The notes: a model not told the origin generated them from the sequence alone. DNA of 63,902 nucleotides, filler included, from Lama guanicoe (GCA_013239625.1; 149 parts of 149 records of this genome joined end to end with filler, not necessarily neighbours in it); one strand, 5' to 3'. Shown: positions 47,977-60,394, counted from the first letter of the whole stretch. Made by a program: numbers and translations.

Positions 47977-50226
47977 NNNNNNNNNNNNNNNNNNNNNNNN
48001 NNNNNNNNNNNNNNNNNNNNTTAATTAATTAANNNNNNNNNNNNNNNNNNNNNNNNNNNNNNNNNNNNNNNNNNNNAGGGAAGGGGTGCATTTGCTTTCA
48101 TCAGAGGCTTGGTGCTAGGCTCTCTGCATGTACGAATTTGGTTTAAATTACCACTCCTAAATCAGAGAACTCCCAATCTGACCTTTCACATTCTCCCTAG
48201 TGAATCCTCTGCTTTGCCTAAAACAACACTACTACCATTTAAATAAACATATGAAAAGCAGAATGTATCTCCTTTGCTCCAACATTGCCATTATTAACTA
48301 TATTATCACTATTTTTCCAAAACCCTTGGACTGTTATATTAATCATAGCTGTTATCTTTTTTTTTCTCTTGCTTTCATACTCCCAACTCTGCTAATTCCT
48401 CTTTTCNNNNNNNNNNNNNNNNNNNNNNNNNNNNNNNNNNNNNNNNNNNNTTAATTAATTAANNNNNNNNNNNNNNNNNNNNNNNNNNNNNNNNNNNNNN
48501 NNNNNNCCCCCCAGTGGAATTTCCTAGCTGCAGCACCGGCTCCCACTTGAGCTCATATGAGCAGAAAGAGTTGTAACAAAACATATCAGGTGTTCAAGGA
48601 AACTGCAGGAAGGTCAGAGTTTCAGGCAAGGTGACTGGGAGCTGAGCACAGGCCCTCCCACCCCTCAGGCTTCTCTAGCAGTGAATCTGCCCCATCCCTG
48701 GTCCAGCCCCTTCAAGGCTGCCATTCAGATTCTGCAGGGGAAGGAACTCTGCCTTTTGTCCCAAACCACAAATGGAATGGAAGGTGGGCCAACATGTCCA
48801 TCAAAGTAAGTTCAGGGGATCCCATGGTCTGAGTGANNNNNNNNNNNNNNNNNNNNNNNNNNNNNNNNNNNNNNNNNNNNTTAATTAATTAANNNNNNNN
48901 NNNNNNNNNNNNNNNNNNNNNNNNNNNNNNNNNNNNCATCAAGGAGGTAGGGCCTGGAAATTAAACTCCTGGTGGGTTGCACTGTAATTAATCTAAACGT
49001 GGAGAGTGCCATGTGGCCCACCTCTGTTTCCAGTCATAATAAACTGTTCCTCCTCCGAGCCAGCCTCGTGTCGAAGTGGCGTAGCACCCCAGGGCCGGCC
49101 CTGTCCCGAAACCACGCAGTGAGTGACGCACTGTCACCAGCTAACAGGAGGAAACAGATATTTTCCCAAACAACTGTGTACACGAGAGTTCAAAACCTCA
49201 CCACCTTTTCAGGTGCAAAATATTTTGGCCCCACTTGAAGCTTATGAAAAGCAAAAGAGAAAGAAGNNNNNNNNNNNNNNNNNNNNNNNNNNNNNNNNNN
49301 NNNNNNNNNNTTAATTAATTAANNNNNNNNNNNNNNNNNNNNNNNNNNNNNNNNNNNNNNNNNNNNCTGGTGGGTGGTGGGGGACCCTGTCGTGAGCAGT
49401 TGCAGTCAGTGGACATGCTTGCTTGGATGGAAAATGAAAGGAATCAGAGGAAGCAAATGGGAACAGCTCCTTTGCAGGGGCAGTGCCAGAGAGCAGAGAG
49501 ATGGGGCCGCAGCTGGAGGGTGAATACATCTTTGTTTTTTAAGATAAGGGAAATAACAGTGTATGCTAATAGAAAAGATAGGTTAAAAGGGTAAATTAGT
49601 AACACCACATTCACTTAGGTCAGGGGAATTGCAGGTGAGGGCAGGTATGGGCACAGAAATGCCCCTGAGAGAGTCAGCTTCAAAACACTTGCCAGGNNNN
49701 NNNNNNNNNNNNNNNNNNNNNNNNNNNNNNNNNNNNNNNNTTAATTAATTAANNNNNNNNNNNNNNNNNNNNNNNNNNNNNNNNNNNNNNNNNNNNAGAA
49801 AAATAAAAATAAAACAAACAGTAAAAGAACAGAAAGTACAAGTAGCAATTCCTGGGATAGATCCTAGGTTTGGTATTAAAAAATAATAATCCTCAGGCTC
49901 ACGGCCATGAGGAAGATGCCAAAACTCATGAATAGTTTAATGATGAGTACTTGCCATCCTTTTGGTTCCAAGGCCTGTGTATTTTGGTGATGAAAGAAAT
50001 GGAATATATTGATTTAGAGTATATAAAATGTTCTTTATGACAGTACCCTAACTTCAAAAGGTGCTTTTCATCCCAAGTGGCTCTATCATTGAATCTTCAA
50101 GAGACCATTCTTCATTCTATATGTTCNNNNNNNNNNNNNNNNNNNNNNNNNNNNNNNNNNNNNNNNNNNNTTAATTAATTAANNNNNNNNNNNNNNNNNN
50201 NNNNNNNNNNNNNNNNNNNNNNNNNN

Positions 50227-50556
50227 TTTAGGTTTCCCCAAAGCTAACCCTGAGACAGGGACTTGGGTGCAGGTAAGTTACTGGGAGGGGATTTCAGGAG
50301 ACTCAGCGAGAAAGTAGGGAGAGTGAGCCAGGGAAGAGAGAAAATCCATAAAAGCATGTTCATGTGTGGGGTGCAGCTGTGGACAACGGGGCTCAAGCCC
50401 TCAGGGGACTCCAGGAGACTGTCCCACTGAGGGCTGAGGAAGCTGGCATACCTACCCACTGGGGTGGATTGCTAAGTGGCAGCCCCCTGTGAACCTGCCT
50501 TCCGGTGTCCATGACTTGGTCAAGGTCCCGCCCCCACTGGCACGGGGTTGGGCCAT
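50227..50556 (-). mobile_element. Old ERVL LTR (LTR16/LTR33-like); member A of contig pair 2
   Basis: ggtttccccaaagctaaccctgagacagggacttgggtgcaggtaagtta.tgggagg resembles the antisense LTR16/33 end; near-identical to 51947-52276. Confidence 0.6.
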
Positions 50557-50656
50557 NNNNNNNNNNNNNNNNNNNNNNNNNNNNNNNNNNNNNNNNNNNN
50601 TTAATTAATTAANNNNNNNNNNNNNNNNNNNNNNNNNNNNNNNNNNNNNNNNNNNN

Positions 50657-50986
50657 AACACTTTCACTTCCTCTCTGCCTTCCCCTTTTGTCGTAGTCTT
50701 CAATACGCCGAATTTCCTTCAACAGGGAAGAGGGGGGATTGTTTGTGGGGCTCCTCAACCCATAAGGATTGTTCGCATGGATTTGCTTTCTCCCTCACAA
50801 AACCCTTCAAAAATGACAGAAAAAGACTTTAAAAATTACTGGTCTGCAAGTGCAAAGCAAACAGGAGAGGCGACACCACAAATATTTGGAAGAAAAGAAT
50901 GGACAGGAAGTTACAACTCGAGTGACTGTTTAAAAAGATACCTTTAAAGAGTGAAGTGACTTACACTGCAGAACCCAGAAAAGAGG
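50657..50986 (+). repeat. Contig pair 3, member A
   Basis: Near-identical to 58403-58733 (about 13 substitutions and 2 indels); 49 identical nt at each end. Confidence 0.97.
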
Positions 50987-51086
50987 NNNNNNNNNNNNNN
51001 NNNNNNNNNNNNNNNNNNNNNNNNNNNNNNTTAATTAATTAANNNNNNNNNNNNNNNNNNNNNNNNNNNNNNNNNNNNNNNNNNNN

Positions 51087-51390
51087 ATGAAAATTTAAAC
51101 TCAATGAGTGGATAGAACAGTAGACTAGACAAAGTTGAACAGAGAATTAGTGAACTGGAAGACAAGAAATTATCCAGAGTGAACATGAAAATACAAAAGA
51201 TGGAAAATACAAAACAGAGGATGAGCAACATAGATACAGGGAAAGGGGCTCAAATATACTCAATCAGATTCCAGAAAGAGATGGCAGAGATAATGGAGGA
51301 GAAATGATATGCAGACATAATGACAGAATTTTCCAGAATCGAAGAAAGACAACTTCCACTTAGGCAAGAAGACTAAAGAATCCCCAAAAG
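51087..51390 (+). mobile_element. Old L1 ORF1 fragment
   Basis: aacagtagactagacaaagttgaacagagaattagtgaactggaagac...ttccagaa...gaattttccagaat resembles the L1 ORF1 coiled coil (RISELED) and ENFP region. Confidence 0.85.
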
Positions 51391-51946
51391 AATTTCTTTT
51401 CTTTTCTTTTTTTTTTNNNNNNNNNNNNNNNNNNNNNNNNNNNNNNNNNNNNNNNNNNNNTTAATTAATTAANNNNNNNNNNNNNNNNNNNNNNNNNNNN
51501 NNNNNNNNNNNNNNNNAAAAAAAAAAAAAGTTGAGTGGGGTGTTTCTGTGCCCAGGAAGATTTGAGACTTTCTGCCTGTGCAGTCCCCACCCTCTTTTAT
51601 TCTTCCTGTCACTTTGTGGCAGGAGAAAGGTCACACTGGCCCGCGGGGCAGGGGAGCCAGGCCACCCAGACTGAGTCTTCCCCAGTCGATAAACATCATG
51701 TTTGTGTTCTGTTTTGACAACAAGTGCTCTCCTGTGGTTGCCAAACAGGTGGGAGTAAGAGGAATTAAACCCTAAGAGTTTGTACGGAAGATTCTGTTGC
51801 CGGCGGATGTAGCCGGTGTCCAGGTTCCTGTCCCGTCCCAGAAAGANNNNNNNNNNNNNNNNNNNNNNNNNNNNNNNNNNNNNNNNNNNNTTAATTAATT
51901 AANNNNNNNNNNNNNNNNNNNNNNNNNNNNNNNNNNNNNNNNNNNN

Positions 51947-52276
51947 TTTAGGTTTCCCCAAAGCTAACCCTGAGACAGGGACTTGGGTGCAGGTAGGTTA
52001 CTGGGAGGGGATTTCAGGAGACTCAGTGAGAAAGTAGGGAGAGTGAACCAGGGAGGAGAGAAAATCCATAAAAGCATGTTCATGTGTGGGCTGCAGCTGT
52101 GGACAACAGGGCTCAAGCCCTCAGGGGACTCCAGGAGACTGTCCCACTGAAGGCTGAGGAAGCTGGCATACCTACCCACTGGGGTGGATTGCTAAGTGGT
52201 AGCCCCCTGTGAACCTGCCTCCCTGTATCCATGACTTGGTCAAGGTCCCGCCCCCACTGGCACGGGGTTGGGCCAT
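51947..52276 (-). mobile_element. Old ERVL LTR (LTR16/LTR33-like); member B of contig pair 2
   Basis: 11 substitutions relative to 50227-50556; first and last 49 nt identical. Confidence 0.6.
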
Positions 52277-52376
52277 NNNNNNNNNNNNNNNNNNNNNNNN
52301 NNNNNNNNNNNNNNNNNNNNTTAATTAATTAANNNNNNNNNNNNNNNNNNNNNNNNNNNNNNNNNNNNNNNNNNNN

Positions 52377-52706
52377 GCCTGCGACTCCCTTTCCCTGCTC
52401 CCGCTGTCTGGCACTCCCCACCCCCACCCACGCAGAACGACCCTCTTCATCACAGCAGGAGCAGTGGTTCTCAGCGTCCTGTGAGCCGGCCGCCACCATG
52501 AATCAGTTTCAAAGGAGGGGCGCCCAAGGCGGGTGCATCCCCTCTCCTGGGTCCTGGTCAGAAAAAAAGCAGCCGAACGCGCTGTGAGTCGCGCCCCGCA
52601 AGCGCTTAGAAGGGCGGACACGCGCACCTGCGCGCCAGCGAGCGGCTCCCAGCGAGGCCGGGGTCCTGCAGGCCGGGCTGCGCCCAGAGGCTGGACTTGT
52701 CTGGCA
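52377..52706. promoter_or_regulatory. CpG island fragment
   Basis: GC- and CpG-rich. Confidence 0.65.
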
Positions 52707-52806
52707 NNNNNNNNNNNNNNNNNNNNNNNNNNNNNNNNNNNNNNNNNNNNTTAATTAATTAANNNNNNNNNNNNNNNNNNNNNNNNNNNNNNNNNNNNNN
52801 NNNNNN

Positions 52807-53136
52807 CAAGCAAGACGAAGCGACTCTAACTTACTGGAAACAAATTAACTTTGTAAAATCCATCCAACATCAAGTCAGGTTTCCGTAACTCTAAGTCCCG
52901 CTGCAAGAAAAACAGCAACCCCCTAAAAAGCAAATAACCTTCCCCCCACAGCCCAGAACAAAGTAAAACAAACGCATGCCGTAAAACTTAAATCCCCTCC
53001 TAAACCAGCAAGTAAAGCTGCCCACAACGTATTATAATAAAACCCGTGTATCTGCCCACATCTATTGCGTCTTTATGCCCAGCTGGCTAACTTACGACAG
53101 TCACCTGACGTGCACCTTTTAAATGCTCACTGCACA
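52807..53136 (+). mobile_element. Probable ERV LTR-like fragment, A/C-rich and G-poor
   Basis: About 14% G, about 11 CpGs, TATA/AATAAA-like tattataataaaa; family not recognised. Confidence 0.35.
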
Positions 53137-53322
53137 NNNNNNNNNNNNNNNNNNNNNNNNNNNNNNNNNNNNNNNNNNNNTTAATTAATTAANNNNNNNN
53201 NNNNNNNNNNNNNNNNNNNNNNNNNNNNNNNNNNNNGAAATGGCCATGTGAGGGCTGGCCAGCTGGGACTGACCATGAATACCCAGCCCAGCTTTGGGGT
53301 TAAGGTTTTGCTCACCACTTAC

Positions 53323-53435
53323 CATGGTGTCCCCCAGCCCCTCCAGAGGCTGTATATTTGGCCTCAGGAGGACGCTGGAGCTTCATAGCAGTCGCAGGAG
53401 AAGGGACATGGATGTCGCTAGGTCTGGCTTCCCTG
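53323..53435 (-). other. Candidate exon of unidentified gene
   Basis: Minus strand: acceptor cctgttcctaatag|cag (NAGNAG) and a perfect donor ACCATG|gtaagt; one frame open (REARPSDIHVPSPATAMKLQRPPEAKYTASGGAGGHH). Confidence 0.35.
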
Positions 53436-54956
53436 CTATTAGGAACAGGACTGAGACAGGGCAGGCCACCCCTGGAGGGAGGTCTGTGAAGGCTGCTGAC
53501 CTAGGAGGTCTGCTCCGATGACAGAGGAAGCTGGGAATATAGTGGCAGTTCTAGTTTCATCCAAATNNNNNNNNNNNNNNNNNNNNNNNNNNNNNNNNNN
53601 NNNNNNNNNNTTAATTAATTAANNNNNNNNNNNNNNNNNNNNNNNNNNNNNNNNNNNNNNNNNNNNCAGATGTCATGTGTCTGCAGCCAGGAGCTGCCAG
53701 ACAAGGAAGCAGACAATCATTTTTTCTTTCTAGAAACCACATGCCATACAACCATGTACCAAGGCGATCGTTTCCCATAGTGAGAGTCAGAAAGACAGGA
53801 CAACAATGGAGGTGAGAAGGGCCCTTAGGGAGGGAGGGATCACCCCACCAGGCTGGGGGCTGGGAGGAGAGGGGAGCCACTTTCTGCAGCAGAGGCCTGG
53901 ACCAAAGTCCTGGCTGGGAAAGATGAGCTTTATGGGCCTGGACCTTGGTCACTTGGGTCCCAGCACCACGGTCTTCCCCTTGGACCGGGCCCAGGANNNN
54001 NNNNNNNNNNNNNNNNNNNNNNNNNNNNNNNNNNNNNNNNTTAATTAATTAANNNNNNNNNNNNNNNNNNNNNNNNNNNNNNNNNNNNNNNNNNNNGAGG
54101 TCATGACTACCAGGAAATCCATAAGAATAAAATGAGGTCTATCTGTTTTTTTCTGTCTCAGGAATCACTACCTGCCCTGACTTCTCTTCTTTATCTTCTT
54201 TTTTAATGGTACATCACACTCTCCAGTCCATTTACACAGTTGATCGACTTTGTAGGGGGCATATTCCTGATTCAAATTTAATCAATTATTTTTTTCTTTC
54301 GGTTTCTGTTTTTGTAATTTAAAATGGTCAGTGACCATCCCTCTTGACATGTGGTCTCGAAAAATAAAGGAGAGAAGAATGCAGTCAGCACAGAGAGAGG
54401 GAAGGAGGCAGGTGACAGAAAGCAAGNNNNNNNNNNNNNNNNNNNNNNNNNNNNNNNNNNNNNNNNNNNNTTAATTAATTAANNNNNNNNNNNNNNNNNN
54501 NNNNNNNNNNNNNNNNNNNNNNNNNNCTCACTCACAGGGCAATCTCACAGCAGTATTGTCAAGAAAGAACTCTTGGAACTGTCAGAGTCATGCACAGGTG
54601 ACTCCAGTGATCTCTTCATCTTACACACGGGGAGTAAAACAAAGGATGAGCCAGCAGGGATGATGTGTGAAGCCAGAAGCCCCCATAGAAGCAAATCGAT
54701 AATCTCAATCTGCTTCCATTGTCCCTGAACATTTCTGGAGCCCTTATTTACAAAAACATGAATTTTTTCTTCCCTTTCTTTTAAAAGGAAGAGTAAATTC
54801 ATTAAAATTAGAGCCCATTCAGATGTGAGGAACAGAGCAGCTGTAAACTCAACTGTNNNNNNNNNNNNNNNNNNNNNNNNNNNNNNNNNNNNNNNNNNNN
54901 TTAATTAATTAANNNNNNNNNNNNNNNNNNNNNNNNNNNNNNNNNNNNNNNNNNNN

Positions 54957-55286
54957 GGGGAGTGCGCGCCCGTGGAGATAGGGGCGGGGCAGGCGGATGC
55001 GGAGGATGAGCTCTTAGGTTCCGGATCCTCAGGAAACCCTGGTGCCGGCCGCGGCCAGCCTCTGCTGTGCCCACGGGACCCACAACTCTGGCAGCGGAGC
55101 CGGCACTTCCAACATTACTAAGTAAAAAGAAAGCGGCTCCTACTCCAAGCCCAAACCTCCCTGCAGACCGGCGGACACCACCGAGGAGTTTGGCGAGTCG
55201 GTGACTGAGGCGCCCGCCCGTCCGTTGCAAGGTATGTGCGAGGGATTTTCTGCCCTGACGGCTCCGGAGTCCGGGAGGGCGCGGGG
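54957..55286 (+). promoter_or_regulatory. CpG-island promoter with GC box and probable non-coding first exon
   Basis: GGGGCGGGGC at 54981-54990; donor CAAG|gtatgt at 55231/55232; CpG-rich. Confidence 0.65.
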
Positions 55287-55817
55287 NNNNNNNNNNNNNN
55301 NNNNNNNNNNNNNNNNNNNNNNNNNNNNNNTTAATTAATTAANNNNNNNNNNNNNNNNNNNNNNNNNNNNNNNNNNNNNNNNNNNNTTATTCTTCTTTTC
55401 TCTCTGCTAGAGCCCTGGAGATATCTTTATATCTTCACCACGAGGATCCAGTTTTTTTTTTTTCCAGAGTTGAAGCCCGTAAAATTCTAGGGTCCCCTCA
55501 GATTGTGGCTCTTAAGAGTGTTTCAGTTTTAAGCTAGTCCACACCAAGCCTCTAGCAATTTGTCAGAATTAGCATTTACCTGTTCCAACTCGGTTTTGGT
55601 TCCACCTGAGGTAAGTAGATTCCGGCTGCATCTCACTCTAAGTGCTGGTGTCTCCAGATTTTGGGGGCGGCAGCTTGCCCTGCATCCTCAGTTCTTTGAT
55701 GAGCCTAAGTAAAGTTGNNNNNNNNNNNNNNNNNNNNNNNNNNNNNNNNNNNNNNNNNNNNTTAATTAATTAANNNNNNNNNNNNNNNNNNNNNNNNNNN
55801 NNNNNNNNNNNNNNNNN

Positions 55818-56147
55818 CATTTTAACAATATAATTCTTCCAATTCATGGGCAAGGGATAACTTTACACTTGTCTGTATTTTTTAGTTTATTTCATAGAGT
55901 GATATTTTATCTCCTTGGATGAATTTAGTCCTCAGGTAATTTTCAGTGTATAGAGATATGACTGATTTTTGCATTTAAAATTTTTATTCTGCAACTTTAC
56001 TGATTATGCTGATTAGTTCTAACAGGATTTTGGTGAAGTTTTTAGGACTTTCTATAGATAAAATCATGTTATCTTAAACTAGAGATATTTGCACTTCTTA
56101 TTTTCCAGTTTTGATGACTTTCCTGTCTCCTCCTTACCTGACTGCTC
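55818..56147 (-). mobile_element. L1 ORF2 fragment
   Basis: cattttaacaatataattcttccaattcatg...ctgcaactttactga...attagttctaacagg...atcatgttatct. Confidence 0.9.
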
Positions 56148-56247
56148 NNNNNNNNNNNNNNNNNNNNNNNNNNNNNNNNNNNNNNNNNNNNTTAATTAAT
56201 TAANNNNNNNNNNNNNNNNNNNNNNNNNNNNNNNNNNNNNNNNNNNN

Positions 56248-56432
56248 GGGTCAGAGAGGGAGGACGGGAGGATGGGGCAGGGTCAGAGTGACGCCCATGG
56301 GGTGACTGCGCTCGACGCTGCTGGCCTTGAAGGTGGATGAAGGGGCCACCAGCCTCGGGAAGGCAGTGGCCTCTAGAGGCTGAAAAAAGTGAGAAAACGG
56401 ATTCTTCCTGGAGGCTCCAGAAGGCAACCAGC
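56248..56432 (+). mobile_element. MaLR LTR (MLT1D-like) fragment
   Basis: ctgctggccttgaaggtggatgaaggggccaccagcc...ggcctctagaggctgaaaaa...gattcttcctggaggctccagaagg. Confidence 0.8.
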
Positions 56433-57109
56433 ATGAACTAGGAAAACAACCCTGGTCTGTGAAATGGATGGTTCGTTGGGGAGGCCGCCGCACCGTCTGG
56501 CAGACGAGGAGGCGCGGCTGGTCCCCTCGGGAGAGGCAGGAGGTGGCTCTGCGCGGAGGGCCTGGTCCAGGCCCGTGGNNNNNNNNNNNNNNNNNNNNNN
56601 NNNNNNNNNNNNNNNNNNNNNNTTAATTAATTAANNNNNNNNNNNNNNNNNNNNNNNNNNNNNNNNNNNNNNNNNNNNGCATCCTGCCTTAGAGGCCAGG
56701 CGTCGTGATCGCGGCTTCGCCATCCCTGCTCCCACTTTTCTGCCTGGTCCAGCCTCGGACCTCCTGCTGAGCCCCAGCTAGTCCTGGTGGAGCCAGCAGC
56801 CCTCTCGCACGATTCTTTCCCATTCCCGCCCCGGGTTAGGTCCTTCTGGGGGAACTGCAGGACCTTGCGTGCTTCCCTATCCTTCCTCCGCCACCTGTTG
56901 CTGATCCAGTTGACTTAAATTCTTTGGATTATCACAGGCCGCTGAGCAGGAGAAAAATAATAACAAAAAGGAAGGCAAAGTGTGTGTGCAAAGAGAATAT
57001 GGATTGATGNNNNNNNNNNNNNNNNNNNNNNNNNNNNNNNNNNNNNNNNNNNNTTAATTAATTAANNNNNNNNNNNNNNNNNNNNNNNNNNNNNNNNNNN
57101 NNNNNNNNN

Positions 57110-57440
57110 ATTTACTTTCAATTTAAGATAATTTTGACCTACCGAAAAGTTACAAAATAATACATTGATTTTTGTATCCCCAGTGTTCCTTTTTGTTAAC
57201 GTCTTACGTGTAATAATAACATAGTAATCTAAACCAGGAAAGTAGTGTTGATATGATACTATTAGTAATCTTAAGACCTTACTCAAATTTCACCAGTTAT
57301 CCCATGGATTTCATTTTTTGTTTTGTTTATTTTTCCGGTTTCAGAGTCAATCCAGGATTCCACGTGGCACTTCACTTTAGTTCGTTCTCTCTTCCCTCCA
57401 TCTGAGATAGTCCTTCAGTCTTTCTCTCTGGTGACCCTGA
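57110..57440 (-). mobile_element. L1MB/L1MC 3' UTR fragment
   Basis: agataattttgacctaccgaaaagttacaaaata...gaccttactcaaatttcaccagtt...caatccaggattccacgtggca. Confidence 0.8.
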
Positions 57441-57971
57441 NNNNNNNNNNNNNNNNNNNNNNNNNNNNNNNNNNNNNNNNNNNNTTAATTAATTAANNNN
57501 NNNNNNNNNNNNNNNNNNNNNNNNNNNNNNNNNNNNNNNNAGGAGGAGGCTTGCAAAGAGCTGAAATGAGGGGAAAGAATGTGAAACATTGACCCCTTGC
57601 CTTTGAGGGTGACGCAGTTGGGAACCACATGGCTAAATTTTCCTGGTGAATTTTGAGAGGAATCCCAAATTTGAAAGGCTGAGGGTGGGAGCTGAAGACA
57701 AGTTCAGAAGCCATTGTTTTATAGGAATCCTCTCTGTTCTCCAGAGACTGTCAGTGGAAGGAAATGGCTAAGCAAAGCCACGATGCAGCTGGACCAACCG
57801 TGCAAGTGTGGGGAGCATTCTGGGGGGACCCTCACCCCCCACCCTGGGGTGTATTTTCTCAACTGAAAGGCNNNNNNNNNNNNNNNNNNNNNNNNNNNNN
57901 NNNNNNNNNNNNNNNTTAATTAATTAANNNNNNNNNNNNNNNNNNNNNNNNNNNNNNNNNNNNNNNNNNNN

Positions 57972-58302
57972 GCTGGAAGCGCCGAGCCTGGAGGGAGGCC
58001 GGGAGGGAGCGAGCGATTGCGAGCGGGGAGCGGGCGGGCCGGCGGGCGCGGCTCCCCGCGGGGGAGGGAGGCTGCGGGCCTTGGCGGGACGGGGCGGGCG
58101 CCGGCCGTCCGGGCTGCGGGGCACGGCTGTGGGCGCGGGGAGCATCCCGGAGCCCTCGTCGCTCCGCACCCCTCCCGCTGGCCAGAACACTGTGCCCCCG
58201 CCGCTCGGGCGCTCCGGCGACGGGCGTGGAAGCCTCTGTGGCGCTCGGGCCGCCGCCGAGCGCGACCCCACCCGTACCCTCAGAGTCGCCCGCCCCGCGC
58301 CC
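57972..58302. promoter_or_regulatory. CpG island / promoter-like fragment
   Basis: Extremely GC- and CpG-rich, with gggagggagcgagcg and GC-box-like runs. Confidence 0.75.
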
Positions 58303-58402
58303 NNNNNNNNNNNNNNNNNNNNNNNNNNNNNNNNNNNNNNNNNNNNTTAATTAATTAANNNNNNNNNNNNNNNNNNNNNNNNNNNNNNNNNNNNNNNNNN
58401 NN

Positions 58403-58733
58403 AACACTTTCACTTCCTCTCTGCCTTCCCCTTTTGTCGTAGTCTTCAATAGGCTGAATTTTCTTCAACAGGAAAGAGGGGGAATTGTTCGTGGGGCTCC
58501 TCAACCCATAAGGATTGTTTGCATGGATTTGCTTTCTCCCTCACAAAACCCTTCAAAAATGACAGTAAAAGAGTTTTTAAAAATTACTGGTCTGCAAGTA
58601 CAAAGCAAACAGAGAGGCGACACCACAAATATTTGGAAGAGAAGAATTGACAGGAAGTTACAACTCGAGTGACTGTTTAAAAACATACCTTTAAAGAGTG
58701 AAGTGACTTACACTGCAGAACCCAGAAAAGAGG
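58403..58733 (+). repeat. Contig pair 3, member B
   Basis: Near-identical to 50657-50986. Confidence 0.97.
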
Positions 58734-59264
58734 NNNNNNNNNNNNNNNNNNNNNNNNNNNNNNNNNNNNNNNNNNNNTTAATTAATTAANNNNNNNNNNN
58801 NNNNNNNNNNNNNNNNNNNNNNNNNNNNNNNNNGGTCAGGCCTGTGTCACAAAGCTGTTAATTTGGGGAAAATTCCCTTTGCTTAGATGTAATCCCTCCT
58901 CCTGCAACTGAAGCCTCTTCCAGTAAAAACGGGGATGCTCTTCACCACCTTTATGACCCCAGCTCGTTCTCTCTGGAGCCCAGGGGCTCCCCCCTGTGCC
59001 TGTTGACAAGCTGCACCCGGGGTACAGGTGTGTTTGGGGACTGAGCCCCTCAGCCCTTGGGGGTGGCTTTTAGGGCACTCAGAGTCCCTTGTAATCAATC
59101 TTACTTCACTCTGATGGGCCAGACAAATCCTGTCATTTTCTCTGCTCTGTGACATGAGGAAAACNNNNNNNNNNNNNNNNNNNNNNNNNNNNNNNNNNNN
59201 NNNNNNNNTTAATTAATTAANNNNNNNNNNNNNNNNNNNNNNNNNNNNNNNNNNNNNNNNNNNN

Positions 59265-59592
59265 ATCACTTATATGTGGAATCTAAAAAAAAAATGACCC
59301 AGATGAACTTATGTACAAAACGGAAACGGACTCACAGACAGAAAACAAACTTATGGTCACCAGGGAGGAAGGGGGTGGGAAGAGATAAAATGGGAGTCTG
59401 GGATTTGCAGATACACACCACTATATACAAAACAGAGAAACAACAAAGACCTGCTGGATAGCACAGGGAACTATATTCAATATCCTGTGATAACCTATAA
59501 TGGAAAAGAATCTGAAAAAGAATATATGTATGTATATGTATAATGAATCACTGTGCTGTACACCAGAAACTAACACAACATTATAAATCAAC
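59265..59592 (+). mobile_element. Young L1 3' UTR to terminus (camelid-type)
   Basis: atcacttatatgtggaatctaaaa...gactcacagaca...gatttgcagatac...tagcacagggaactatattcaatatc...gctgtacaccagaaactaacacaacatt. Confidence 0.95.
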
Positions 59593-60123
59593 NNNNNNNN
59601 NNNNNNNNNNNNNNNNNNNNNNNNNNNNNNNNNNNNTTAATTAATTAANNNNNNNNNNNNNNNNNNNNNNNNNNNNNNNNNNNNNNNNNNNNATATATAT
59701 ATGTATTGATCTCTATATATTTATAATAAACTATATAGAAGAACAAAATATATAAACATGTATTTGCACTCTAAGTTGTTCATAACTTTCTTCATAAGAC
59801 TCCCTAAAACAAGTTTTCTCAAACTCTGTAAATCTAAAACATAGCATGCTATACCGCAGTTGTCAGTTTGGTCCATCTTGATTTAAAGTTGCTAGCATCT
59901 GACTGTAAAGCTAACAGATCACTAAAGTGTAAGTTGGTAATAATCTGCTTAGTATGAAAAGTTGAACAGCCCCCCAAATAAAATCCAGATATAAATTTTT
60001 ATTTTATATCATTTGATATTTTTNNNNNNNNNNNNNNNNNNNNNNNNNNNNNNNNNNNNNNNNNNNNTTAATTAATTAANNNNNNNNNNNNNNNNNNNNN
60101 NNNNNNNNNNNNNNNNNNNNNNN

Positions 60124-60345
60124 AAAAAACTGACAGAACTGCCAGGGTAAATGGACAAAATTCACAATTATAGTCAGTGATCTCAATACCCCCATTAATA
60201 TTTGAGAGAATAAGTAGACAGAAAATCTGTATGGATTTAGAAAACCCGGATAACACTATCAACCAACTTGCCCTAATTGACATTTGTAGAACACTCCACC
60301 TTGGAGCAAACTATGCATTAGTGTTAAGGCCATATGGAACATTAA
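60124..60345 (+). mobile_element. L1M ORF2 endonuclease fragment
   Basis: cacaattatagtcagtgatctcaatacccc...aagtagacagaaaatc...aacactatcaaccaacttg.cctaattgacatt resembles the IIVGDFNTP region. Confidence 0.88.
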
Positions 60346-60394
60346 TGACCTCTTTGCCCACCTATTTTTCCTTGCAGTTCTTCAAAGATGTGGT

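Noticed and set aside
57924..58358. Long Arg/Pro/Gly/Ala-rich ORFs in CpG islands (also 7749, 39083, 40888, 52325, 54901)
   Set aside because: Stop codons are rare in GC-rich DNA and no protein is recognisable, apart from SMURF1 exon 1.
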